Shown here one piece after another: positions 57,210-64,000 of a stretch of DNA of 64,000 nucleotides. The notes under the pieces were generated by a model, which saw nothing but the letters and a program-made list of their open reading frames with translations, made no database searches and had not been told where the DNA came from. A program made the position numbers and the translations under genes. Each line of letters starts with the position of its first letter. Positions within the stretch are counted from its first letter, which is position 1. The stretch is from Pseudomonadota bacterium (lineage in GTDB: Bacteria > Pseudomonadota > Gammaproteobacteria > Xanthomonadales > SZUA-38): contig JBCCCR010000022.1 in NCBI GenBank assembly GCA_039033415.1, forward strand, positions 29,579 through 93,578, in the 5' to 3' direction.

Positions 57210-57947
57210 ATGCTGCCCGTTTTGCTTTTGCTGACGTTTGCATCGGGCCTGAGGACCGCGGTCGGCGAGACGATTCCCGCCGGGGTGACGCTGCTGGCCC
57301 AGCTGGCCGACCGGGGTGACGCTGACGCGCAGTACGGGCTCGGTACCTGGTACATGGAAAACCACGCGTCGCAGTCCGAGCTGGAACAGGCCCGGGACTG
57401 GCTGCTGCAGGCAGCGCGCCAGCAGCACGTTCACGCCATGTTCCGCCTCGGCGTCATGCTTAACCGATTCGATAGCCTGCGCGATGAAGGGCAGTCGATG
57501 ACCTGGGTTCGCGGCGCGGCTGAGGCCGGGCTGGCGGATGCCCAGGCGCTGTTTGGTATGTACCTGTTTCAGGGGTTGGACGGCAGCACGCCCGACTGTA
57601 CCGCCGCGGCCGGCTGGCTGGAGAAAGCGGACGCGGTGGGTCACGAGACCGCCCAGAGCAATCTCGTGTGGGTGCTGGCGACCTGCCCGGTGGAGGGTCA
57701 GCGCGATGGATCCCGCGCGCTGCGCCTGGCCTTCGATCAGGTCTATCGACGAGGCATGAAGACCGCCAATCAGATGGACAACCTCGCCGCCGCCTACGCG
57801 GCCGCCGGCGATTTTCTGAGCGCTGAGGTGGCTCAGCGGGAGGCGCTGGCGATGGAGGAGGACCCGGAAGTCAAAGCGATTTTTCAGGAGCACCTCGACA
57901 GCTACCTCAAGCGTGAGGCCTGGGTGGAGCATCCGACGCCTCGCTAG
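57210..57947 (+). CDS. secreted Sel1-like repeat (SLR/TPR) protein
   Basis: Signal peptide 'MLPVLLLLTFASGLRTAVG'. Repeats 'GDADAQYGLGTWY', 'QHVHAMFRLGVML', 'GLADAQALFGMYL' and 'GHETAQSNLVWVL'. Confidence 0.75.
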   Translation: MLPVLLLLTFASGLRTAVGETIPAGVTLLAQLADRGDADAQYGLGTWYMENHASQSELEQARDWLLQAARQQHVHAMFRLGVMLNRFDSLRDEGQSMTWVRGAAEAGLADAQALFGMYLFQGLDGSTPDCTAAAGWLEKADAVGHETAQSNLVWVLATCPVEGQRDGSRALRLAFDQVYRRGMKTANQMDNLAAAYAAAGDFLSAEVAQREALAMEEDPEVKAIFQEHLDSYLKREAWVEHPTPR

Positions 57948-58069
57948 CCGGCCCCGGAAGCCTCCGATTCTGGCCCGAATACGCATTAGTCAGCCTTTTC
58001 TTCGTCCTCACTCAGGCCTCAGCCAGCGGGTTGATCGGGCCAGCGCCCAGGGCGCTGAACTACGACGAC

Positions 58070-58097
58070 TTGCGTACTTGGTCAGTCGCCCTACAAT
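58070..58097 (+). promoter_or_regulatory. sigma70-like promoter candidate for the FG-GAP gene
   Basis: TTGCGT (58070-75), 16-nt spacer, TACAAT (58092-97), 29 nt upstream of ATG 58127. Confidence 0.3.
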
Positions 58098-58126
58098 AAA
58101 AGTGCTGTTTTTCATCGAGTGCCACG

Positions 58127-60649
58127 ATGTTGAAAAAGAACAAGATCCAGAGCCTGTCGGCTCTTCTGGGGCTATGGCTTTGCGCTGACGTGCTGGCGCA
58201 ATCCATTGAGCTGAACCTGACGAAGGCTGTCTCGGACAGCAACGGCGCGGCCGTTGACGGGGCTTCAGCCGGGGACCTCCTCGGCTGGGCCGTGAGCGGG
58301 GACGGCGACTACAACGGCGACGGCATCAACGATCTGGCGATCGCCGCGCAGGGTTTCGACGTTGTCGGTGCCAACGGTACGTCCAACAACGCCGGTGCCG
58401 TCTACGTGGTCTTCGGCAGCAGCGAAGGCTTCGATCAAATCGATCTGGCCGGGCTCACGGCGGCTGGCGGCGGCGACGGCAGCCGCGGCTTTGTCCTGTT
58501 TGGCCAGCTCACCAACGAAAACGTCGGCAACGCGCTGGCGAGCGCTGGCGACGTGAATGGCGACGGTATCGACGATCTGCTGATCGGCTCCACCACGATG
58601 CAAAACGCCCTGGGGGGCGGCGGTGTCTACCTGATTTTCGGTCGCAGCGCCGCTGACCCGATGCCGGCGGAGTTCTTTCTGAGCAACCTGCGGACCTCAG
58701 ACAACGTCAACAGCGGCTTTGGTGTTGTGCTGGAGGGCAGTCAGGCCGGTGGCCGGTCCGGCACCGCCCTGGTCGGCAACATCGACGTCAACGTCGACGG
58801 CCGGTCAGATATGGTGATTGGCAGCCTCTTTTTCGGCGCGGGTCGGACCCCGCGGCCGGGGATCATCAACGTGCTTTATGGCCGCTCGGCCGATAACCCG
58901 TGGCCGGCGGTTCAGCGGCTCATCGATCTGCGCGACAACCTCGGCACCGGTGACGAAGGCTTTCAGATTATCGGCGACGTGGCCTCAAGCGCGCTGGGCA
59001 GCCGCCTGGCCGCTACGGGCGATTTTACCGGGGACGGTTTCGATGATTTTGTGATGGGTTCACCCAGCGCGAGCGCGTCGGACGGCATTGGCAACAGCGC
59101 GGGCTTTTTGATACCCGGCCGTGTATCGGGTCCGGGTGAGGGCTATGGCAGCGGGCTTAACCTGTCGCTTGAAGAGGAGCGGGTTTTTGTCCACCGCCTG
59201 CTCGGCGACGTGGCCGAGGACCAGGCGGGTGAAGCGGTGGCCGGCCTGGGCGACGTCAACGGTGATGGACGGCCGGATCTGGCGGTGAGTGCGCCCCTGG
59301 CTGACCACAACGGCGAAGACAGCGGCAGCGTCTACGTGTTCTATGGTCGGCCAGCCTCGCGACCGGTGCCGGAGAGCTATTCGCTGGCCGGGCTGCTGCC
59401 GGAGAACGGCGGCGACGGCAGCGATGGCTTTGTGCTGGTCGGCGCCCCGGGGCAGGAACTCGGTGACGCAATCGCGGGTGCGGGTGACTTCAACGGTGAC
59501 GGGCTGGACGATTTCCTGGTTGGCGCCAAGGCGGACGGCCAGGGCGCCCAGGAGGCGGGTGCCGTCTATGTGGTCTACGGCCGAGCCGGCGGCTTTCCGG
59601 CGCGGGTGGAAGTCGCGGGCCTGAGCGCCAGTGACCAGGGGCAGAAGCTCCTCGGCGAAGCGGTAGACGATAGCGTCGGTGATCGGCTCGCCGTCGGGCG
59701 CGATCTCGATCGGGACGGCAACCCCGAGATTTTGGTCGGCGCTCGTCAGGTGGACGTGGCGGGAGCCAACGATGGACGTATCTACGCGATCAATGGCCAA
59801 GGCGGCTCGCTGGCTGGCCTGGTGGGGGCTGACAGCCGGGCTTGGTACGACCCGCAGCGCGCCGGCGAGGGGATTATGGTTGAGGTGGGCACCCTGGACG
59901 GCGGTCCGTCCCTGTTTGTGACCTGGTATACGCACGTTGGCGGTGAGCAGCTCTGGCTGGCTGCCGGGCCGGTGAGCCTGGAGCCTGACCAGACGGAGGT
60001 CACCATGGACCTGCTGAGCACCTCGGGCGGCAGCTTCGGCGCTGATTTTGACGCTGATGCGGTGGCGTTTGACGTCTGGGGCAGCGTCACCTTCACCCGA
60101 GTTGCGTGCGATCAGCTGCTGTGGCGCTATCAGGGGCCACCCGAAATCGGCGGCGGCCAGCGCCAGTTCCTGCCGCTGCTCAGCGACCTGCTGCAGCAGC
60201 CCGGCTGCACCGACAACTCGGATGCCAAAGGCGCGGCGGGTGCCAGCCTGGGCGCGGGCAGCGCCGGCGCCTGGTGGGATCCGGCGCGGGCTGGCGAAGG
60301 TGTGGTAGTGGACCTGGAAACGCGGGGCGCCCAGCCGACGCTGTTTTTCAGCTGGTTTACCTACCACGACGGCGCCCAGCGCTGGCTGGTGGGCAGCGCA
60401 GCCTTTGACCCGGCAAGCGGCATAGTTGAGCCGCTGTCGCTGGTCGAACCGGCCGGCGCGCAGTTTGGCGCCGCCTTCAATCCGCAGGATGTGTTCAACC
60501 GCCCCTGGGGCCAGGCGACGCTTAGCTTCTCCGCCTGTAACGGCCTGGCGGTTCAGTACGAGGGGGCGTTCGACGGCGGGTCAGATCAGGCCGGGAGCCT
60601 GTCCCTGGTGCGATTCACCGGCCAGCCGTTTGGTCTGAGCTGCCCCTGA
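58127..60649 (+). CDS. secreted integrin-alpha-like seven-bladed FG-GAP beta-propeller protein with two copies of an uncharacterised C-terminal module
   Basis: Signal peptide 'LSALLGLWLCADVLAQS'. Seven Ca-binding-type repeats (GDYNGDGINDL, GDVNGDGIDDL, IDVNVDGRSDM, GDFTGDGFDDF, GDVNGDGRPDL, GDFNGDGLDDF, RDLDRDGNPEI), each followed by 'G.VYV.(F/Y)G'. Two C-terminal modules of about 130-140 aa lie at about 59825-60253 and 60254-60646. Confidence 0.85.
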   Translation: MLKKNKIQSLSALLGLWLCADVLAQSIELNLTKAVSDSNGAAVDGASAGDLLGWAVSGDGDYNGDGINDLAIAAQGFDVVGANGTSNNAGAVYVVFGSSEGFDQIDLAGLTAAGGGDGSRGFVLFGQLTNENVGNALASAGDVNGDGIDDLLIGSTTMQNALGGGGVYLIFGRSAADPMPAEFFLSNLRTSDNVNSGFGVVLEGSQAGGRSGTALVGNIDVNVDGRSDMVIGSLFFGAGRTPRPGIINVLYGRSADNPWPAVQRLIDLRDNLGTGDEGFQIIGDVASSALGSRLAATGDFTGDGFDDFVMGSPSASASDGIGNSAGFLIPGRVSGPGEGYGSGLNLSLEEERVFVHRLLGDVAEDQAGEAVAGLGDVNGDGRPDLAVSAPLADHNGEDSGSVYVFYGRPASRPVPESYSLAGLLPENGGDGSDGFVLVGAPGQELGDAIAGAGDFNGDGLDDFLVGAKADGQGAQEAGAVYVVYGRAGGFPARVEVAGLSASDQGQKLLGEAVDDSVGDRLAVGRDLDRDGNPEILVGARQVDVAGANDGRIYAINGQGGSLAGLVGADSRAWYDPQRAGEGIMVEVGTLDGGPSLFVTWYTHVGGEQLWLAAGPVSLEPDQTEVTMDLLSTSGGSFGADFDADAVAFDVWGSVTFTRVACDQLLWRYQGPPEIGGGQRQFLPLLSDLLQQPGCTDNSDAKGAAGASLGAGSAGAWWDPARAGEGVVVDLETRGAQPTLFFSWFTYHDGAQRWLVGSAAFDPASGIVEPLSLVEPAGAQFGAAFNPQDVFNRPWGQATLSFSACNGLAVQYEGAFDGGSDQAGSLSLVRFTGQPFGLSCP

Positions 60650-60750
60650 CCCCCTGTCCATGAGGTCCTGTTTCAGGGCCACCTCGTCAGGCTTGCGCCC
60701 CCGCAACGCCGCCGTTATCCTTGCGCGTCAATTTTCGGGGAGTGATGTCT

Positions 60751-61509
60751 ATGCGCCGCGTGATGGTCGCCGGCAACTGGAAAATGCATGGAAGCTTCGC
60801 GGGTAACCGCCAGCTGGTCGAGGCGATCAGCGCGGGGCTGCCGGCGGAGTCGTCGGTGGACGTGGCGGTGTTTGTGCCTGGGCCATACCTGGCGGCCACG
60901 GTCGAGCTGGTCCGAGGCTCGCCGGTTGCAGTCGGCGCGCAGGATGTGAGCGTCCATGAGCAAGGTGCCTACACCGGCGAAACCAGCAGCGCGATGATCG
61001 GTGACTGTGGCGCCACCATGACCTTGGTAGGACACTCCGAGCGCCGTACCCTTCACGGCGAGAGTAATGAGCAGGTAGCGCTCAAGGCCAAAGCGGCGCT
61101 GGGCTCCGGGCTGACGCCCGTCGTGTGCATCGGGGAGACGCTCGCGCAGCGCGAGGCCGGCACCACCGAAGCGGTGGTCGCCGAACAGATTGACGCCGTC
61201 ATCGATCAGCTCGAAATAGCTGGCTTAGGCCGCTGCGTGCTGGCCTACGAGCCGGTATGGGCCATCGGCACCGGCGTCACGGCGAGCCCGGAACAGGCGC
61301 AGGACGTACACGCGTTTATCCGGTCCAAAATCGCCGCATTGGATGCTACAATAGGCGGTCAACTTCGCATTCTTTACGGCGGCAGCGTGAAGGGCAGCAA
61401 TGCCGGCGAGCTGTTTGCCATGGCGGACATCGACGGCGGCCTGATTGGCGGTGCTTCGTTGTCTGCCGAAAATTTCCTGCCGATCTGCCACGCCGGGGAA
61501 CAAGCCTGA
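60751..61509 (+). CDS. tpiA: triosephosphate isomerase
   Basis: 'VAGNWKMHG', 'VGHSERR', 'AYEPVWAIGTG' and 'YGGSV'. ATG 60751 has GGGGAG 8 nt upstream. Confidence 0.97.
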   Translation: MRRVMVAGNWKMHGSFAGNRQLVEAISAGLPAESSVDVAVFVPGPYLAATVELVRGSPVAVGAQDVSVHEQGAYTGETSSAMIGDCGATMTLVGHSERRTLHGESNEQVALKAKAALGSGLTPVVCIGETLAQREAGTTEAVVAEQIDAVIDQLEIAGLGRCVLAYEPVWAIGTGVTASPEQAQDVHAFIRSKIAALDATIGGQLRILYGGSVKGSNAGELFAMADIDGGLIGGASLSAENFLPICHAGEQA

Positions 61510-61550
61510 GGCGCGCGGGTCTGAGTGCAGTGATCTGAACGGATAGTTAC

Positions 61551-62012
61551 ATGGACGCCATATTCAGCATTATTCAGGTGTTAATCGCGATCGCGATGAT
61601 CGCCATCATCCTGATCCAGCGGGGGCCGGGTGCCGCCGCCGGTTCGGGTTTCGGCGCCGGTGCTTCAGGCACGGTTTTCGGGGCCCGCGGATCCGGGTCA
61701 TTTCTCACCCGCACCACCGGTTTGCTGGCGATCGCGTTTTTTGCCGTCAGCATGACGATGGCGGTGCTCGCCAGCCGCGTCGCCAGCACCTCTGCCGGCC
61801 CGGATCTTGGCGTGATGGGTGAAATCGAACAAAGCACGCCGGAGGTTCCGGCCTTCGACGTGCCGACGCTGGAGGTACCGGAAGTCAGCACGCCGTCGCA
61901 GACCGACGACGTCCCGGTGGTTCCGGCGCCGGAAGGCGCGGGTGAAGAGGGTGCCGGCGGTGCGGCGATGGAGGCCGCCCAGCCTGAGGGAGAGGAAACG
62001 CCGGAGCCCTGA
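61551..62012 (+). CDS. secG: preprotein translocase subunit SecG with an extended acidic/Pro-rich C-terminal tail
   Basis: 'IIQVLIAIAMIAIILIQRG.GA..GSGFG' and a second TM helix 'LLAIAFFAVSMTMAVL'. 153 aa versus roughly 110 aa typical. Conserved tpiA-secG-tRNA-Leu context. Confidence 0.92.
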   Translation: MDAIFSIIQVLIAIAMIAIILIQRGPGAAAGSGFGAGASGTVFGARGSGSFLTRTTGLLAIAFFAVSMTMAVLASRVASTSAGPDLGVMGEIEQSTPEVPAFDVPTLEVPEVSTPSQTDDVPVVPAPEGAGEEGAGGAAMEAAQPEGEETPEP

Positions 62013-62029
62013 GCCCGGAGATCATCAAA

Positions 62030-62114
62030 GCCGAAGTGGTGGAATTGGTAGACACGCTGTCTTGAGGGGGCAGTGGCGCAAGCCGTGCCGGTTCGAGTCC
62101 GGCCTTCGGCACCA
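62030..62114 (+). tRNA. leuU: tRNA-Leu (anticodon GAG), CCA-encoded
   Basis: The 85-nt sequence folds by hand into a class-II cloverleaf: acceptor GCCGAAG/CTTCGGC, anticodon arm CTGTC-TTGAGGG-GGCAG, long variable arm, T-arm GCCGG-TTCGAGT-CCGGC, and 3' ACCA. It closely parallels E. coli leuU, which also follows secG. Confidence 0.95.
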
Positions 62115-62194
62115 TTTGAAAAGTCGAACATTGAACGACGAAATTGCGAGCGTAAAGATGTTGGTTCGCGGAGTCGATACGGTAAAATTAGCCC

Positions 62195-62551
62195 ATGCTA
62201 GCTAATTACCTGCCCATACTGTTGTTTCTTATCGTGGCCCTCGCGTTTGGCGCTGTTTTGGTCCTCGCGGGCGGCATTATTGGCCCGAACCGCCCGTCCG
62301 CGGAAAAGCTTGCGCCCTATGAGTGCGGCTTCGAGGCCTTCGAAGACGCGCGGATGAAGTTCGACGTTCGCTATTACCTCGTCGCAATCCTATTCATCAT
62401 CTTTGATCTCGAGATCGCCTTTCTGTTTCCCTGGGCGGTGGTCCTCGATCGAATCGGATTATTCGGCCTGATTTCCATGACGCTGTTCCTGCTGATTTTG
62501 GTGATCGGCTTTGTGTACGAGTGGAAAAAGGGTGCGTTGGATTGGGAATGA
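62195..62551 (+). CDS. nuoA: NADH-quinone oxidoreductase subunit A
   Basis: '[33 protein letters not shown]' NuoA/ND3 signature. Confidence 0.96.
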   Translation: MLANYLPILLFLIVALAFGAVLVLAGGIIGPNRPSAEKLAPYECGFEAFEDARMKFDVRYYLVAILFIIFDLEIAFLFPWAVVLDRIGLFGLISMTLFLLILVIGFVYEWKKGALDWE

Positions 62552-62591
62552 TGACTGACGCTGCCCCCCTGCCGCTGCCAAACAGGATCGT

Positions 62592-63158
62592 TTGCTGATG
62601 AAAATGTTGATGTCTTCGCGCAACGCCACCGACCCGGGCAACGAGTACGGGCTCGGGATCGTTGACGACATTCTTCGCCCCGAAGACGACAACCCGGTCA
62701 TGGACCGGGGCTTTGCCGTGACCTCGGTGGACGCGCTGATGAACTGGGCCCGCACCGGCTCGATGTGGCCGGTGACCTTTGGTCTGGCGTGCTGCGCGGT
62801 CGAGATGATGCATGCCGGCGCCTCGCGTTATGACCTGGATCGTTTCGGCGTGATCTTCCGCCCCAGCCCCCGCCAGTCGGACGTCATGATTGTGGCCGGT
62901 ACGCTGGTGAACAAGATGGCCCCGGCGCTGCGCAAGGTATACGACCAGATGGCGGACCCCAAGTGGGTGATCTCCATGGGTTCCTGTGCCAACGGCGGTG
63001 GGTATTACCACTACTCCTATTCGGTGGTGCGGGGCTGCGATCGGATTGTGCCGGTCGACATCTACGTGCCGGGCTGCCCGCCGACCGCTGAAGCGCTGAT
63101 GTACGGCATTTTGCAGCTCCAGTCCAAGGTGCGAAAAACCAGCACCATCGCCCGCTGA
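62592..63158 (+). CDS. nuoB: NADH-quinone oxidoreductase subunit B (start ambiguous among TTG 62592 / ATG 62598 / 62604 / 62610)
   Basis: '[11 protein letters not shown]', '[12 protein letters not shown]', '[12 protein letters not shown]' and 'VPGCPP', the N2 cluster ligand motifs. Confidence 0.96.
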   Translation: MLMKMLMSSRNATDPGNEYGLGIVDDILRPEDDNPVMDRGFAVTSVDALMNWARTGSMWPVTFGLACCAVEMMHAGASRYDLDRFGVIFRPSPRQSDVMIVAGTLVNKMAPALRKVYDQMADPKWVISMGSCANGGGYYHYSYSVVRGCDRIVPVDIYVPGCPPTAEALMYGILQLQSKVRKTSTIAR

Positions 63159-63178
63159 AACCTACGGCCAGAGTCTAG

Positions 63179-63892
63179 ATGCTAGAAAAATCTGCAATGC
63201 TGCCCGATCGCCTGCGCGACACGCTCGGCGATCTGGCGTTGAACATCATCGAGGCGCCGACCGGCGTGACCGCCGAGGTGGCGGCCGCCAGCTGGGTCGA
63301 ATGCTGCCGCCTGGCCCGCGACGAGCTGGGCTTTGAGCAGCTGATCGACCTCTGTGGCGTCGACTACCTGAGCTACGGCGAAGATGAGTGGGATACCGAT
63401 GACGCCACCTCGGAGACGTTCTCCCGCGGCATCGAGGGTGACGGCGGTCCGGGCCGCTTTGACTGGGCGGGCCGACCGACCAACGTCAGCGGGCAGCGAT
63501 TTGCGGTGGTTGCCCACCTCTTGTCCATCAGCAACAACGAGCGGCTGCGGCTGCGCTGCAAGGTGCCCGACGATGAGGTGCCGGCGGTGGCGTCGCTGGT
63601 CGACACCTGGCCGTCCGCCAACTGGTTCGAGCGCGAGGCGTTCGATCTGTTCGGCATCATCTTTGAGGGGCATCCGGATCTGCGGCGCCTGCTGACCGAT
63701 TACGGGTTTATCGGCCACCCCTTCCGCAAAGACTTCCCGCTCATCGGCAACGTTGAGGTGCGCTACGATCCGGAAAAGGGCCGGGTGATCTATCAGCCGG
63801 TCAGCATCGAACCGCGGGTGCTGGTGCCCAAGGTAATTCGCTCCGACTCGCGCTACGGCCAGCAGGGCGCCAAAGGGGGCTCCCGTGGCTGA
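63179..63892 (+). CDS. nuoC: NADH-quinone oxidoreductase subunit C
   Basis: '[43 protein letters not shown]' 30-kDa-subunit signature. Separate from nuoD (not fused). Confidence 0.95.
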   Translation: MLEKSAMLPDRLRDTLGDLALNIIEAPTGVTAEVAAASWVECCRLARDELGFEQLIDLCGVDYLSYGEDEWDTDDATSETFSRGIEGDGGPGRFDWAGRPTNVSGQRFAVVAHLLSISNNERLRLRCKVPDDEVPAVASLVDTWPSANWFEREAFDLFGIIFEGHPDLRRLLTDYGFIGHPFRKDFPLIGNVEVRYDPEKGRVIYQPVSIEPRVLVPKVIRSDSRYGQQGAKGGSRG

Positions 63893-64000
63893 GATCCGCA
63901 ACTACACCATGAACTTCGGCCCGCAGCACCCGTCCGCGCACGGGGTGCTGCGCCTCATTCTGGAAATGGATGGTGAGGTGGTCCAGCGGGCGGATCCGCA
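63885..64000 (+). CDS. nuoD: NADH-quinone oxidoreductase subunit D, N-terminal fragment (runs off window)
   Basis: GTG 63885 gives '[38 protein letters not shown]..', the canonical NuoD N-terminus. 8-nt overlap with nuoC. Absent from the ORF track because there is no in-window stop. Confidence 0.9.
   Translation, partial: MAEIRNYTMNFGPQHPSAHGVLRLILEMDGEVVQRADP

Noticed and set aside
59060-60367. 435-aa minus-strand ORF
   Set aside because: It is antisense to the FG-GAP gene, with low-complexity Ala/Arg/Gly composition and no motifs.

Overview
GC-rich chromosomal segment (mid-60s % GC by eye, not computed). Gene content and order point to a Gammaproteobacterium; nuoC and nuoD are separate, which resembles Xanthomonadales, Chromatiales or Nevskiales rather than enterics. 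Most of the window is conserved housekeeping synteny: an acyl-CoA carboxylase pair, rmlBAC, ssb, ispB, typA, parC-parE, pyrG-kdsA-eno-ftsB-truD, surE-pcm-yqaA-nlpD-rpoS, yhbY / rlmE-ftsH-folP-glmM, and tpiA-secG-tRNA-Leu(GAG)-nuoABCD. I found no rRNA, CRISPR array, transposase, integrase or prophage gene. The region that stands out is 11.7-26.4 kb. Its core is a nine-gene, tightly coupled plus-strand operon (14931-26430). It encodes four parts: a MotA/ExbB-type channel; two paralogous proteins with an ExbD/TolR/MotB-like Asp-bearing TM helix, a long coiled coil and a vWA head; three pseudoenzyme-like signalling proteins (kinase-like-TM-TPR, Hsp70/actin-like+FHA-like, PEGA-FGE-like); and several lipoproteins. 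I do not recognise this combination as any named system, and I propose it as a candidate undescribed ion-driven trans-envelope machine. Secondary observations are: an unlisted 55-codon ORF with a Tat-like signal and an Arg-rich tail; a 257-nt nested inverted-repeat element between pcm and yqaA; a 27-bp perfect hairpin after ispB; truD with no canonical start codon for its conserved N-terminus; a three-gene insertion between glmM and tpiA that includes a seven-bladed FG-GAP protein; and an uncharacterised C-terminal module shared by two secreted propeller proteins. All calls come from reading the translations and the DNA by hand. No database search or structure prediction was run. Start codons that I moved from the ORF track were checked against the nucleotide sequence.
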